The notes: generated by a model from the sequence alone, not told the origin. Shown: positions 27,138 to 38,412, numbered from the stretch's first letter. The stretch: DNA of 64,000 nt from Candidatus Latescibacterota bacterium (GCA_965248265.1 CBDFJF010000002.1:2304001-2368000); one strand, 5' to 3'. A program made the numbers and translations.

Positions 27138-27987
27138 TCACTTGGCCCAGAACGGCTGCGTCCAGGCGAACTGCTCGCCGTCGCCCCAGCACTCGAAGCG
27201 CACGTACTGCCATGTTGACTGCATGTCGAGGGAGATGGCGCTGTCATCCGTGATCGCCACGCGACGCCCGACTGCCGACACGCCGACGATGCGCCTGGCG
27301 TTCTCGGTCTCGACGGTGATGCGACTACCCCGGACGGCGATGCGTGAGATCTCGACGCCGGATGAGGCGTAGAAACGGCCGGCCTTCAGGGCCTCCCGGA
27401 TGCCGCTCACCGAGCGCTCATGGGCGCAGACGACGTTCCAGCCATTACCGATGTCTTCATCGCTGTGGCTGTCGTCATTGGCGAAGCCCCAGAGCCGTCG
27501 TCCCTGGCTCAACAGCAAGTCCCACTTGTTCGTGCAATACGGGGTGCCCTGAAGCCGGTTGATGAGTCCGTTGTAGATCTCGAGACCGTGGTAGCCGATC
27601 CATTCCTGCATCTGCGTGATTTTCGTACCGTCGAACTCGCTCTGCCAGGCCGGCGCCGGCGCCGATACCGTCTATGACTTTTTGGCGCGGCATCAGCGGT
27701 TCGACAAGGCGGTCCGGCGCCACATGCAGGATGTGCGGCCCGTTGGCGCTAATTTCGTTGCCGGGCATCATGATCATGCCCTTGTTGTTCCAGGTCCGGA
27801 ATTCCTTGCTCGCGGTATATATGTCGTGGTCGGAGATGGCGAGAAAATCATGTCCGAGTTTGGCGTACTTGTTGATGACTGTCTGCGGTTTGTTTTTGCC
27901 GTCGGTTTTCGTCGTGTGGGTATGCAGGTTACCGCGCAGCCACTGGCTTTTTGTGAGATTGCGGTAGGGATGATCGATTCCAGGCAT
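27138..27987 (-). pseudogene. PHP-domain (CehA/McbA-like) metallohydrolase with a frameshifting deletion
   Basis: GNLHTHTT, SDHD and GNE in one frame; GLEIYN, ANDDSH and AWTQP in another; switch at ~27646. Confidence 0.85.
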
Positions 27988-28094
27988 GTGCGGGTCTCCT
28001 GACAGGCGCTGAGGTTGTAGATATTAAGCGTAGTTTGCGATCTTCAGTCAACGGAGACTGCTCGCCATCTTCTCCTCGACACGACCTGATTTTC

Positions 28095-28970
28095 GTGTGC
28101 GAAAAACCTATCTCCGCCACGCTCGCGGACGCCGATCGCATGGTCGAGGCGTGCCGCGCCAACGGTGCCAAGTTCGGGGCCGGCGACATGTTTCGCAATT
28201 ACGAGCAGCTGTGGAGCGCACGCGAGATGATCGACGCCGGTGAGATCGGTGAAGTGATCGCGATCGTCAATCACGGCGCCGCCAACTCCGGCAGCGGTTG
28301 CCAGGATCTGAGCGTCATCCGTCTGTTCGCCGGGGACGCTCCAGTGGAATGGGTGGTCGGTTGGTCGACCGGCACGCCCATGGATCAATCCCTCGGCACG
28401 GTCGACGCGTCCAGTGATCACGACCAGGAGCTGGGCGGAACGATCCGCTTCACCAACGCCATCACGGCCCATATCCTCGACAGGCGTGGTCCTCTGCGCG
28501 GAGTGGAAGTCATCTGCGAGCGCGGGGTTTTTGCCAGCGACTACACCTCATTCGAGCTGCATAGAGGCCCGCAAGGAGACGGCAGTCGACAGAATCGTTC
28601 CGACATGGTGGAAGTGACGGGCCTTTTCGAGGACTCGGTCGATTGGGGCGATCACCGCGTCGACGGCTGGATGGGGATGGCCTCTCGGCAGGCCGACACC
28701 GCGCAGTCGATGATCGACGCACTCGACAGGGACATCGAGCCCAGAGCCAATGGTGAGAATGGGCGCGACGTGCTCGAACTGGCCATCGCCATGCGCGAGT
28801 CCGAGCGCCGGAACTTTGAACCCGTGAAGATGCCCCTGGAAGATCGAACCCTCCAGATCGTTCCCGCCGCCGGCCGCACGTACTGGAAGAGGGAAGTCTA
28901 CGGCGAGGAATGGTACGCCCAGCGGTTGGCGAGCCAGAAGCGGGACGGCCCTGCGGGAAGCACGTCGTGA
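28095..28970 (+). pseudogene. Gfo/Idh/MocA oxidoreductase lacking its Rossmann N-terminus (GxEWY-tail subfamily)
   Basis: Homology to 21584-22702 and 41424-42572 begins abruptly at CEKP. Confidence 0.8.
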
Positions 28971-30007
28971 GGTTGGTCGTCCTCTCCTACAGTCACCACG
29001 GCCGCAGTCTGGGTCGTACAGCGGACGATGTCGGCCACCACATCGCCGGAGTCATGGACGCCGAGGAGGGTCCGCGCTCGCAGCTGCAAGCAGACTTCGA
29101 TTGCCCCGGATTCGAAACAGCGGGCGCATGCCTCGATGCGGTCAAACCAGACGCCGTCTTGGTCTCGGGGAAACACATCGAGATACCCGTTCACATTCAG
29201 GCTTGCGTCGACCGGCGCATTCCCTACCTGGTAGACAAACCGTTTGCCGATTGCGCCGCTCGCCTCAGGCCGGTAGCCGAGGATTCCGAGAGACACGGCG
29301 TTTTCAGCGCGCTGACGCTGCCCAATCGCGCCAGCCGCATCGTCGCCACAGCGCGGAAAATGGTCGCCGATGGCAGCCTCGGTACTCTCGTCCTCTACAG
29401 CAGCAGGCTTAACAACGGCCCACCGATGCGCTACGATCCGACCCCGTCCGCGTGGCACAACGACCCCGCCGTTTCCGGAGGCGGCTGTTGGGCCACCGAG
29501 GCGGCGCACGGCATCGACACCTATCTGCAGTTTGTCGGCGACCGCCCGGTAACGGTGGTCGGAGCCATCATGTCGAACGCCATGTACGGCCGCGAGATAG
29601 AGGACAGCGCCGTGGGCATGCTGCGCAGCGAGGATGGCGTCACCGGCATCATCGAGTCCGGTTACACCTTCCCCGCGGGAGGACACGGCGGCGATCATTT
29701 CTTCCGCTTCGTCGGATCCAAAGCCTCCGTATTCGCTCTCTACGGCAAAGGCGGGGAGCCCCTGATCGAGGTTCACTCCGCCGCCGGTGTCGAGTTCAGT
29801 GAGGACCTCCCGCACGGTGAGCGGATGAGCCGAGTAATCGATGCGGGCTTGACCGCTCTGCAGGAGGGCCGAGCCGCCGACACGAGCATCCGCGACGCCG
29901 TCCGCATCCTCGAGATTCAGGACGCCGTCTACGACCACGCCAGAGCGAACCCCGTGACCAACGGACCGCATCCGATGGGGCCGGCGGCCGCAAGGCCGAC
30001 AAAATGA
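28967..30007 (+). CDS. Gfo/Idh/MocA family oxidoreductase
   Basis: LVDKP, SGGGCWATEAAHGID and EIEDSA; GTGA overlap with the upstream stop. Confidence 0.85.
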   Translation: MRLVVLSYSHHGRSLGRTADDVGHHIAGVMDAEEGPRSQLQADFDCPGFETAGACLDAVKPDAVLVSGKHIEIPVHIQACVDRRIPYLVDKPFADCAARLRPVAEDSERHGVFSALTLPNRASRIVATARKMVADGSLGTLVLYSSRLNNGPPMRYDPTPSAWHNDPAVSGGGCWATEAAHGIDTYLQFVGDRPVTVVGAIMSNAMYGREIEDSAVGMLRSEDGVTGIIESGYTFPAGGHGGDHFFRFVGSKASVFALYGKGGEPLIEVHSAAGVEFSEDLPHGERMSRVIDAGLTALQEGRAADTSIRDAVRILEIQDAVYDHARANPVTNGPHPMGPAAARPTK

Positions 30008-30269
30008 GGAAACGCGCTGAATAGGGGCGCGTCACCCCGAGGGGCCTCGGCGTGTCAGGTCACAGGAGCTGTAGGGGGCAAGTGGACTCAGGATATGAGG
30101 CGGGAGGTGCACGATAATTTCCATCAAAGGGAGTCAACCGATATAAAGGCAGGAAGATGAGAGGTGTTCATTTCAATAGCCCCGGGTGATGCTGCTGGGT
30201 AAGTTGAGACAGTGTTACATCCATCAGCCTGGGCGAGAGATCCATGACGTCCAATCTGTAGAAGAGGTT

Positions 30270-30395
30270 CGCTTGGCGAAGAATATCTGCTCGACGTCGG
30301 CTGCGGCGACGGACTGATGGCTTGGGAGCGCTCGAACACCTCCGTGACGGGCACGTTACCTTTAGCGAAATCTCGGAGGACGTGCTGTCGCAGTG
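30270..30395 (+). pseudogene. Class I SAM methyltransferase fragment
   Basis: LLDVGCGDGLMA, then after a frameshift LGALEHLRDGHVTFSEISEDVL. Confidence 0.6.
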
Positions 30396-30533
30396 CGTGC
30401 TGACGGTTCCAGCGCTTTCTTCGACGCAGGCCAGACTGGCTGCCCACGAGGGAGTGCTGATCGGTCTCCTTCCTCGCACGCTGGAAGCCCGGGAGAGCCG
30501 TATCTGGCCTGAGATCGACTGAGGATGGGAAAC

Positions 30534-30569
30534 ATGAGTCTGCTGGGAATCGACATTGGCACTACGGGG
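30534..30569 (+). pseudogene. FGGY carbohydrate kinase N-terminal stub
   Basis: GAGGA RBS followed by MSLLGIDIGTTG, then unrelated sequence. Confidence 0.55.
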
Positions 30570-30706
30570 CAAAGACCGTATGCGCGCAACGAATGCGACG
30601 ATGCCGGTCTCACCCGCAAGGTGCACGGAGATGCCTCCCTGTTCGTCGGTCGTCAGGTCCAGTACAATTGTTGTCCCAAGTGTGAACGAGAAAGGAGGGC
30701 GAACGT

Positions 30707-31402
30707 ATGCGCGTACTGATTACAGGCGCCGCCGGCATCATTGGAACCGTGCTGACGAAGGGCCTGAAAGACCGCTACGAGTTGCACGGGCTCGATCGGG
30801 ATCCTATGCCGCTGATGGACCACGCAACCATCGGCGACATCTCGGATTTTGAGACAGTCTATGAGGCCTCGCGCGGTATGGACGCGATAATCCATCTGAC
30901 AACCGCCAAGAGTGAGGAAAAGGATTGGGAAGGAGCTCTGAAAACGAGCTTCCGGGGTACCTACAACACCTTTGAGGCGGCCCGCCAGAACGGCGTACGC
31001 CGTGTTGTTTACGCCAGCCGGGCAGCCGTCGTGGACCCCTACCCACCCGGCGTCAAGCTGACCATGGATCTGTACCCTCTACCCGAAAGCCTCTACACCA
31101 TCAGCAAGATTTTCGCCGAGGGTCTGGCCCGCATGTACACCAACAAGCACGGGCTGGAAACCGTGGGGATTCGCGTTGGAAACCTGAAGGCTGACCGGCC
31201 CAAGCCGCAAGATCACCCCAAGCAACTGAGCCACGACGACTGCGTCAGGGTCTTCGAGCAGGCGATCACGCATCCGGGAGTCAAGTGGGAGCTGGTCTTC
31301 GGCGTCTCCGACAGCAACTCGGACCGATACGATATCGAGCACGGACAGCGGGCCATCGGCTACTATCCACAGGATCGCTCTACGGTGCAGGAGGACGGAT
31401 GA
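30707..31402 (+). CDS. NAD-dependent epimerase/dehydratase (uronate dehydrogenase-like extended SDR)
   Basis: TGAAGIIG, VVYAS and YTISK (YxxxK); AGGAGG RBS. Confidence 0.9.
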   Translation: MRVLITGAAGIIGTVLTKGLKDRYELHGLDRDPMPLMDHATIGDISDFETVYEASRGMDAIIHLTTAKSEEKDWEGALKTSFRGTYNTFEAARQNGVRRVVYASRAAVVDPYPPGVKLTMDLYPLPESLYTISKIFAEGLARMYTNKHGLETVGIRVGNLKADRPKPQDHPKQLSHDDCVRVFEQAITHPGVKWELVFGVSDSNSDRYDIEHGQRAIGYYPQDRSTVQEDG

Positions 31403-31450
31403 GAGCTTGGGTGACGGCGCAGGGTGCGTAGCAGACGTCCTGGGATACGT

Positions 31451-32251
31451 TCAGCTCAACCTCACCCAGTGCCTGAAAAGAGGCTTGGCCTTTTCCGGCA
31501 GCGCTGCGTGGACCTCCGGCGCCAGGGGTACCAGCTCATTCTCTGTCATGCCCGTCTCATCCACCATGCGGGCGCGTTCGTCGGAGCCCGGCATCAGCAC
31601 ATCCAGATTGAGCCACCACGGCGCGTAACGAACAGGGACGCCGACTCGAGGTTGGTCGCTGCGGTTGGTAGCGACCGCGTGCCACAGGCGGCTGTCAAAT
31701 ACGAGCACGCTGCCGGCGTCGCCGGTGGCCTGCACTTGGGTCGGGTAGGGTGCGGATGGGTCCACGCCGTTGTCGCCCGTCGGATTGGTACTGGACCGAT
31801 GACTGCCGGGGACGACGAAGGTGCCGCCTGTTTCATTCGTAAAGGGCGATAGCATCCATATCGTCGTCAGGTGCATGACTGCGTCGGGATAGGGCGTCGG
31901 GATGTGCCCGGCGTTGTGTTGGTTGAATGGCCAGTCGGCATGCCATTCGCCGCGCTCGTTGCCCGGGAAGTTGATCGCCGCCGTCGTCATGGAGATCCGC
32001 ACGTGCGGGCCCAGCAGCGATTCGGCAATACCCATCATGCGCTCGTCGGCCAGGTACGCGGCCATGGACTGATCGAAGGCTATCAGACCTTTTCGCGTTT
32101 TGGCGCCCTGGATCAACGTGGTACGCCCTTCGGACTCTACCGTTGCCTCGACGCTACGGCGCACGTCGCCGACCTCGGCGGCCGGGATAACGCCGTCGAG
32201 GACGCAAAAGCCGTCGATCTTCAGGTGCAACAAGGCCTGGTCAATGGACAC
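31451..32251 (-). CDS. PhyH family dioxygenase
   Basis: WHAD, GGTFVVPGSH and FDSRLWHA. Confidence 0.92.
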   Translation of the reverse strand: MSIDQALLHLKIDGFCVLDGVIPAAEVGDVRRSVEATVESEGRTTLIQGAKTRKGLIAFDQSMAAYLADERMMGIAESLLGPHVRISMTTAAINFPGNERGEWHADWPFNQHNAGHIPTPYPDAVMHLTTIWMLSPFTNETGGTFVVPGSHRSSTNPTGDNGVDPSAPYPTQVQATGDAGSVLVFDSRLWHAVATNRSDQPRVGVPVRYAPWWLNLDVLMPGSDERARMVDETGMTENELVPLAPEVHAALPEKAKPLFRHWVRLS

Positions 32252-32464
32252 GTCTTACTCCCCTGGAACCGGTGACTGAACATGTTCCCACAAGCTGTCC
32301 TGTGCGCGGTTTATTGTCAACGACAGGCCGACGGTGTGCGATCAGATCGCCTGATGTCTCTACAATCGCGGACGCAGTATATTTGCCGACTGCTATCGAT
32401 CGGTGAATACATGACGTGCGCCCGATGAACTACCGACGCATTCCTCAACCGGGGTATAGGAGCT

Positions 32465-34090
32465 ATGCAAGAGACCGCCGAACGAACAGCCTATCAGGTA
32501 GCCTCCAGTCTGAAAAGCAACGGTGTGCCCTACCTGTTTGGCATACCGGGAGGCGGCAGTTCCATCGACCTGATCGAAGCATGCCACGGGGAGGACATCC
32601 CCTTCGTGTTGGTGCAACACGAGACGACCGCCGCGATGATGGCTGTCGTCGTCGGCGAGCTGACCGACACGTGCGGCGCCTGCATCTCGATCATGGGACC
32701 CGGAGCGACCAACCTCGCCAGCGGCGCTATCTACGCGCAGCTGGAGCGTCACCCGCTACTCTGTTTCACAGAGACCTACGGGCCGGCGGAAGGGCCGCTC
32801 ACGTCGATGCAGAACATCGACCATCCTCACATGTTTGGTCCACTCAGCAAAGCTTCCATCTGTATCACCGCCAGCGATCCGGCGCGTCAGATTGACCGTG
32901 CGGTTCAGGTCGCCACCGCGGAGAGGCCGGGCGCCGTTCACATTGATCTGCCGATCAAGCCAGGATCGGGCGACTCCTTTCAAACTGGCGCCGCAACCGA
33001 ACCGGACCAACCCGCGGTTGTCGGCGATCTGGAGGCCATTGCCGGGGCGATCGACAGGGCGGAAAAACCGCTCCTGGTCGCAGGTCCTGTTGTGTTTCGG
33101 CAGGGCGCGAATGACAATCTGCTGTCGCTGGCAGAGCGTTTGCAGAGCGCCGTCGTCGTCACCTCCAAGGCGAGAGGCGTCATCCCCGAAGACCATCCCC
33201 TGTACGCGGGCGTTCTGTGCGGCGTGTATGCCGAGGATACGCTCGAGGCCGACTTGATAACCAGAAGCGATCTCGTCGTCGCGATCGGGTTGGACCGCAC
33301 CGAACTTCTCAGCCCATGGAAGCACCGCCAGCCGCTCATCTGTGTCGACGCCATCCCCATTGCCGACGACCAAACTGTCGGTGAACCGTCACTCACGGCA
33401 ACAGGTGAACTGCCCCAACTACTCGACGCGCTGACCGGGCAGGTCCGGGCGCGAGACACATGGACCGGGGTGGAAATCGAAGACTACTGGACCGACGCCA
33501 TGCACCGGCTCGGTGCCAACAGCGCTCAGCTGAACGCCACCAACGTCCTCGTACGAGCGCGCCAGATGGCGCCGCGCGATGCGATCCTGACCACGGATGC
33601 GGGTGTCTACGGCAGGGTGAACCTGTACGCCTGGAAAGTCTACGACCCGTCGACCTGCTTCGATTCCTGTGGGACGAATACGATGGGGTTCTCGATTCCG
33701 GCCGGCCTTGCCGGGTCGCTGGTCAGGCCGGGGCAGAAGACGATTTCCCTCGTGGGCGATGCCGGGTTTCTCATGCGCTGTGGTGAGTTGGAAACCGCCG
33801 TCCGTTTGAAGCTGACCCCCGTCATCGTCATCTTCAACGACGCCACCCTCGGCATGATCCGCATCAAACAACAGCAGAAGGAGTACAGCAGGGAGGGCGT
33901 CGACCTCGCCCAGACTGACTTCGCGCGCCTGGCGGCAAGCTTCGGAGCAGTCGGGTCAGAGGTCCATACGTTGGGGGAATTTGAAACGGCTTTCGGTGTG
34001 GCCCTGCAGTCCGACCGCCTGCACGTGATCGACGTGCGTGTAGATCCCGACGTCTATGCCGGCCACATTGGCCCCATACGAGGGTCGTAG
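32465..34090 (+). CDS. Thiamine pyrophosphate-binding enzyme (acetolactate synthase-like)
   Basis: FGIPGG, QHE, GPGATN and GDAGFLM...IFND. Confidence 0.92.
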   Translation: MQETAERTAYQVASSLKSNGVPYLFGIPGGGSSIDLIEACHGEDIPFVLVQHETTAAMMAVVVGELTDTCGACISIMGPGATNLASGAIYAQLERHPLLCFTETYGPAEGPLTSMQNIDHPHMFGPLSKASICITASDPARQIDRAVQVATAERPGAVHIDLPIKPGSGDSFQTGAATEPDQPAVVGDLEAIAGAIDRAEKPLLVAGPVVFRQGANDNLLSLAERLQSAVVVTSKARGVIPEDHPLYAGVLCGVYAEDTLEADLITRSDLVVAIGLDRTELLSPWKHRQPLICVDAIPIADDQTVGEPSLTATGELPQLLDALTGQVRARDTWTGVEIEDYWTDAMHRLGANSAQLNATNVLVRARQMAPRDAILTTDAGVYGRVNLYAWKVYDPSTCFDSCGTNTMGFSIPAGLAGSLVRPGQKTISLVGDAGFLMRCGELETAVRLKLTPVIVIFNDATLGMIRIKQQQKEYSREGVDLAQTDFARLAASFGAVGSEVHTLGEFETAFGVALQSDRLHVIDVRVDPDVYAGHIGPIRGS

Positions 34091-34104
34091 GCAGCGCAGG
34101 AGTT

Positions 34105-36807
34105 ATGCCAACCTGGACCACCAGCGGCTTTGAAGGCTTCCGTGCCGGCACGTTCGCCAACGCGGGTCACAACCTCTACGTCTCCCGCGCCGGCATCCTC
34201 CAGCGCATCCACCACTTTGACCTCGATCAGAACGGCCATTTCGACCTCGTCATCTGCAACAGTCAGGCGCATTACGAGATGCCGCCGGCAGGTGTCTACC
34301 GGGATCCGTTCGGCCGTTGTGAGTACCTGGAGCTCCCCGGTGATGGCGCGCGCTCGGGTGCGGTCCTCGACCTGAATGGCGACGGCTTCGACGACCTCGT
34401 GCTGGGCAATCACTACAACGGCGTCGACAAGTTCATGAACGCCACCATCTACTACGGCAGCCCCGACGGTTGGAGCGAACGCAGAATCCAGCGCCTTCCA
34501 GCTCCCCGTTGCACCTCCGTCGCCGCCGGCGATTTCAACGGCGATGGACGTCCCGACCTCGCCTTCCTGTGCGCTGATGACTTCTCACCCATCGCCGGAC
34601 GCAAGGTCCGAGTGTTCTACCAGTCCGAGCTGGGATTCGAGTCCAGGCGCTACGTCGACCTCGAGATCGACGCCGACCAGATCGGTGCGGGAGACCTGGA
34701 TGGGGATGGGATGGCCGAGCTGCTGGTGCGCTCGGGCGACGGTGAAATCTCCGTCTACTGGGGTGCTCCCGAGGGGGCCGACACCTCGCGCTGCACGGTG
34801 CTTCCCGTGGCCGGGGAGCAGGCCACAGAGGCCGTCAGCGACCTCGACAGGGCCTCGAACGAGTACATCCAGGATGCCAAACCGCTGATCCAGGTGATCT
34901 GGCTCAATGGACAACCCCACATATTCGCAGCCCTCGCTGACAGCGCCCTGCTGGTACCGGTGACCGAGAACCGCCAGTTCGGTGATCCCCTCACCTTCGC
35001 CTGCGCCCATCCACTGGCCGTTGCTCTCGGTGATGTCAACGCCAACGGCCATCAGGACCTCGTGTTCGCATGCCGTGAGCCCACCGCGGATGCTGAGCAG
35101 GAACGGTCCTGGATCTATTGGGGAGATCGCACTGGGTACAGTGAAGACCGCCGCACCGCCCTGCCCACCTATCGCGCTTGTGACGTCGCGCTCGGCGATG
35201 TCAATGGAGATGGGTGCGATGATATCGTCATCTGTCACGGGCACTCAGCCGACTGGAACACCCGGGAGTCTCTCCTGTTCAAAGGCGGTCCTGATGTCAG
35301 AAACAGTATCGGCCTGACCAGCCACGATGGACGCCGCGTCTTCGTCGCGCGTCCCAGGGGGGAGGGCAATCCCGACGTCGTCTTCGTCAACCATCAGGGC
35401 CGGCAGAAGACGGAGGCCGTCGAGATCTCCATTTACCCCGGCGAAGCCGATGGTTTTTCAGACACGAGACGGCAGGACCTACCCGGGTTTGGTGGTGTCT
35501 GTGCGCTGTGCTGCGATGTCGACGACGACGGGCGCGCCGATCTCGTCCTTGTCAATTCCGCTCACAACACCCCCTCGCGCGATCCCGGCTCCTACATCTT
35601 TCACAACGACAATGGCTATAGCGCGCCACCCAAATGGATCCTGCCCACCAATCTGCCCCACGGGGCCTGCTGTGCCGACTTCGACCGCGACGGCTATCTG
35701 GATCTCGTTTTCGGCTGCACGACGAAAGCCGAAGTCCAGATCTTCCACGGCGGTCCCGACGGATTCGAGCCCGAGCCCGAGCGCGTCCGATTGAATGAAG
35801 AATACACCTGCTCGCTGTTCATCTATGCGGCCGACCTGAACAACGACGGTTGGCTCGACCTCGTCCTCCCTCAGAGCAAAAACGATCGCAGCCTGATCCT
35901 GTGGGGCGGACCCGAAGGGTTCAGCGGAGAGCGATGTCAACCTCTCTCGGTATGGAAAGCTATCTGCGCCCGTGCCGCCGACCTGACCGGCAACGGCTAC
36001 CTCGATCTGATCCTCGGCAATGCGCCACCTTCGATCGGTGCGCCGCACGATTGCTTCGTCCACATCTACTGGAATGGTCCCGATGGGCTGCGCGAAGACA
36101 ACCGCACGTTGTTACCTGGCAACGGTGTCGACTCGGTCGCCGTGGGCGATTTCGACAACGACGGTCTTCTCGATCTCTTCGTCCCGTCCTATTCCGACAG
36201 CAAGAACCGGGATCTCGATTCGTTGATATACTGGAACCGCCCCGGTCGTGGCTTTTGTGCCGCCGATCGGACCCGCCTGTTCACCCACGCGCCCGCCGGG
36301 AGTGTTGCCGCCGACTTCAACGAAGACGGCTGGATCGACCTGGTGATCGGCAATCACAAGATCGAAGGCGATCACGTCGGCTGGTCGGCTGTCTGGTGGA
36401 ACGGCCCGGACGGCTTCTCGGAGGACAACATCACGCGCCTTCCCTCGGCCGGTCCCCACGGGTTGTTCTGCGTTGATCCGGGTAACATCGTCGACCGCGG
36501 CGACGACGAGCACTACACATCGGCCCCCTCTCAGCTTCCCGGCATCACGCGTGTCACCCAGTTATCGTGGGATGCCCAGATGCAGCCGAAGACGTGGGTG
36601 AAGGCGCAGATCAGATCGGCTTCGAGCAGAGATGCGCTCAGCCAGGCAACCTGGCTCGGCCCTGATGGCGCAGCGTCCTGGTTTGAGGAGACCATGCCCG
36701 TAAACGTGGCAGTGGCAGGGGAGTGGCTTCAGTTTCGCCTGGTGTTGGGAGCGCTCAACAGCGGCTGCAGCCCGCGCGTACGCGCCGTCCACGTCGAATG
36801 GGAGTGA
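34105..36807 (+). CDS. FG-GAP/VCBS repeat protein without a signal peptide
   Basis: Many D-[LF]-N-x-D-G-x-x-D-L and I-Y-W-[GN] repeats; 14 bp downstream of the TPP gene. Confidence 0.87.
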   Translation: MPTWTTSGFEGFRAGTFANAGHNLYVSRAGILQRIHHFDLDQNGHFDLVICNSQAHYEMPPAGVYRDPFGRCEYLELPGDGARSGAVLDLNGDGFDDLVLGNHYNGVDKFMNATIYYGSPDGWSERRIQRLPAPRCTSVAAGDFNGDGRPDLAFLCADDFSPIAGRKVRVFYQSELGFESRRYVDLEIDADQIGAGDLDGDGMAELLVRSGDGEISVYWGAPEGADTSRCTVLPVAGEQATEAVSDLDRASNEYIQDAKPLIQVIWLNGQPHIFAALADSALLVPVTENRQFGDPLTFACAHPLAVALGDVNANGHQDLVFACREPTADAEQERSWIYWGDRTGYSEDRRTALPTYRACDVALGDVNGDGCDDIVICHGHSADWNTRESLLFKGGPDVRNSIGLTSHDGRRVFVARPRGEGNPDVVFVNHQGRQKTEAVEISIYPGEADGFSDTRRQDLPGFGGVCALCCDVDDDGRADLVLVNSAHNTPSRDPGSYIFHNDNGYSAPPKWILPTNLPHGACCADFDRDGYLDLVFGCTTKAEVQIFHGGPDGFEPEPERVRLNEEYTCSLFIYAADLNNDGWLDLVLPQSKNDRSLILWGGPEGFSGERCQPLSVWKAICARAADLTGNGYLDLILGNAPPSIGAPHDCFVHIYWNGPDGLREDNRTLLPGNGVDSVAVGDFDNDGLLDLFVPSYSDSKNRDLDSLIYWNRPGRGFCAADRTRLFTHAPAGSVAADFNEDGWIDLVIGNHKIEGDHVGWSAVWWNGPDGFSEDNITRLPSAGPHGLFCVDPGNIVDRGDDEHYTSAPSQLPGITRVTQLSWDAQMQPKTWVKAQIRSASSRDALSQATWLGPDGAASWFEETMPVNVAVAGEWLQFRLVLGALNSGCSPRVRAVHVEWE

Positions 36808-36822
36808 TAGGCGGACTTGCTG

Positions 36823-38412
36823 TCACGCCTGATCGCGACGGTACAGGATACTGAACTCGACATTGCCGATGGTCAGCGGCACCCGGATTCGGGGATCGCG
36901 ATTTGCCAACACGACGCTGATCTCGTGCTCGCCTTTGGCGGCCTGTGCATGCTCCAGGTCCCAGACCAGCCAGCTGTTCTCGTCGACATCCGCGGGGTTG
37001 CCGTCGTCCTCCGCGGCCGCATTGCGAATCGCCGGAGCCGGCAGCGCTACGCCATCCAGCGTTACTACCACCTCGTCGACGGCAGGCGAAAAATGCTCCA
37101 TCTCGATCAGTAATTGGATGCCGGCCAGATTGCCTGCCTCAGCGACAATATCGTCATGAATGGGGATATGGAACGTCGGTCCTTCCCCCGTTAAGCTGCG
37201 GAACAACGTCACCGGAACCTCGCCGTTGATGCGGTCGTCCCGGTCGCAATCCTCGCGCAGGGGGCTGTTGGCGATGTCGCGGTGGAGTGCAGTATAGGAC
37301 TTGTCCTCGTGGCGCAGGGTCTCCTTCGTGCCGATCGTCGTCAGTGACCGGCGGCGCGTCGTTTCGTTGGCGTGCCAGTTGAACACGTAGGCACCGTCTG
37401 CTCCTCGATCGAGGTGGCTCTGCGACATGGCCGCGAACCATCGGTCACGCCACTCGTTGCCCGACACCAGCCGCCTGGTTTGCTGGCGGCCATCGGAGTC
37501 GTACCCCGGGTAAACGCGGATATTCGTGCCGTGTGCGAGCTCCAGGAACTGTGCAGTCTCAAAACACGCGTCGGTACCTGAATTGCCTCCCCCGATGACG
37601 ATGTCGCACAACCCGGTGCCCATCCAGACCGGTATATCGTAGCCTATGCGGCGACAGGACTCGAGCGTTGTCGCGACGCGCACGGCGACGTGGAATGGCT
37701 TGCCTCGTTCCTCGGAGAGGCGGTCCGTCATCTGGCGAATGGCCGCCTGCAGGTCGGTGATGGTGTAGCGCAGGCGATATTCGTGGTTGGCCGGCAAGTG
37801 AAAGGCGTGGCGCTGCCAGTCGAGCTCGACACCGTCCCAGTCTGCAACGCGGCACGCTTCTTCGATGAACTGCAGTTTGTGCTTCCGAACTTCGGGAATG
37901 GCCATGTTCCACGACGTCGTGCACCAGTTGGGGGCATCGTCGCCCAGACACCACTCTGGGTGCTGCTTGCGCAGGTCGGTGAGGCCGTTGGTGACGGTCT
38001 TCTGCATGGTTTCGAGGTCCTGGATTCTCCAGAAATGCTGGTCGTTCATGCGGATGGAAGCCCAGACATCGATATCGCGCTCGTGTCCGTACGATACCAT
38101 GGCCTCGTAGGGGTTCTCCCCACGCTCGAACATGGCGCGGATGCCCTCCACCCGGCGCAGCTCGGCCACGCTGTTGTAGACGCGGTCGGTCGCGTCACCG
38201 ATCATGCCCAGCGCTTCGGATGGCCACGTGGCCTCGTGTTCGCCCAGCGACCAGAACAGGGCGTCGACCTGAGTACCGGTCAGGGGCGCGAAGGTTTTCT
38301 CGAGAAACTGCTCCACCGGCTGCGGGTACTCTGAGTACATGTGCGGCGCCCCATCCCAGTTATAGATGATGCGGTATTGAGGGGGTGCCGGTCGGTCCTG
38401 CGCAGTGGCCAT
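36823..38412 (-). CDS. GHL10/DUF187-like protein, type A paralog 2
   Basis: YNWDG, SIRMNDQHF, WNMAIPEVR and DGVELDWQRH. Confidence 0.75.
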   Translation of the reverse strand: MATAQDRPAPPQYRIIYNWDGAPHMYSEYPQPVEQFLEKTFAPLTGTQVDALFWSLGEHEATWPSEALGMIGDATDRVYNSVAELRRVEGIRAMFERGENPYEAMVSYGHERDIDVWASIRMNDQHFWRIQDLETMQKTVTNGLTDLRKQHPEWCLGDDAPNWCTTSWNMAIPEVRKHKLQFIEEACRVADWDGVELDWQRHAFHLPANHEYRLRYTITDLQAAIRQMTDRLSEERGKPFHVAVRVATTLESCRRIGYDIPVWMGTGLCDIVIGGGNSGTDACFETAQFLELAHGTNIRVYPGYDSDGRQQTRRLVSGNEWRDRWFAAMSQSHLDRGADGAYVFNWHANETTRRRSLTTIGTKETLRHEDKSYTALHRDIANSPLREDCDRDDRINGEVPVTLFRSLTGEGPTFHIPIHDDIVAEAGNLAGIQLLIEMEHFSPAVDEVVVTLDGVALPAPAIRNAAAEDDGNPADVDENSWLVWDLEHAQAAKGEHEISVVLANRDPRIRVPLTIGNVEFSILYRRDQA

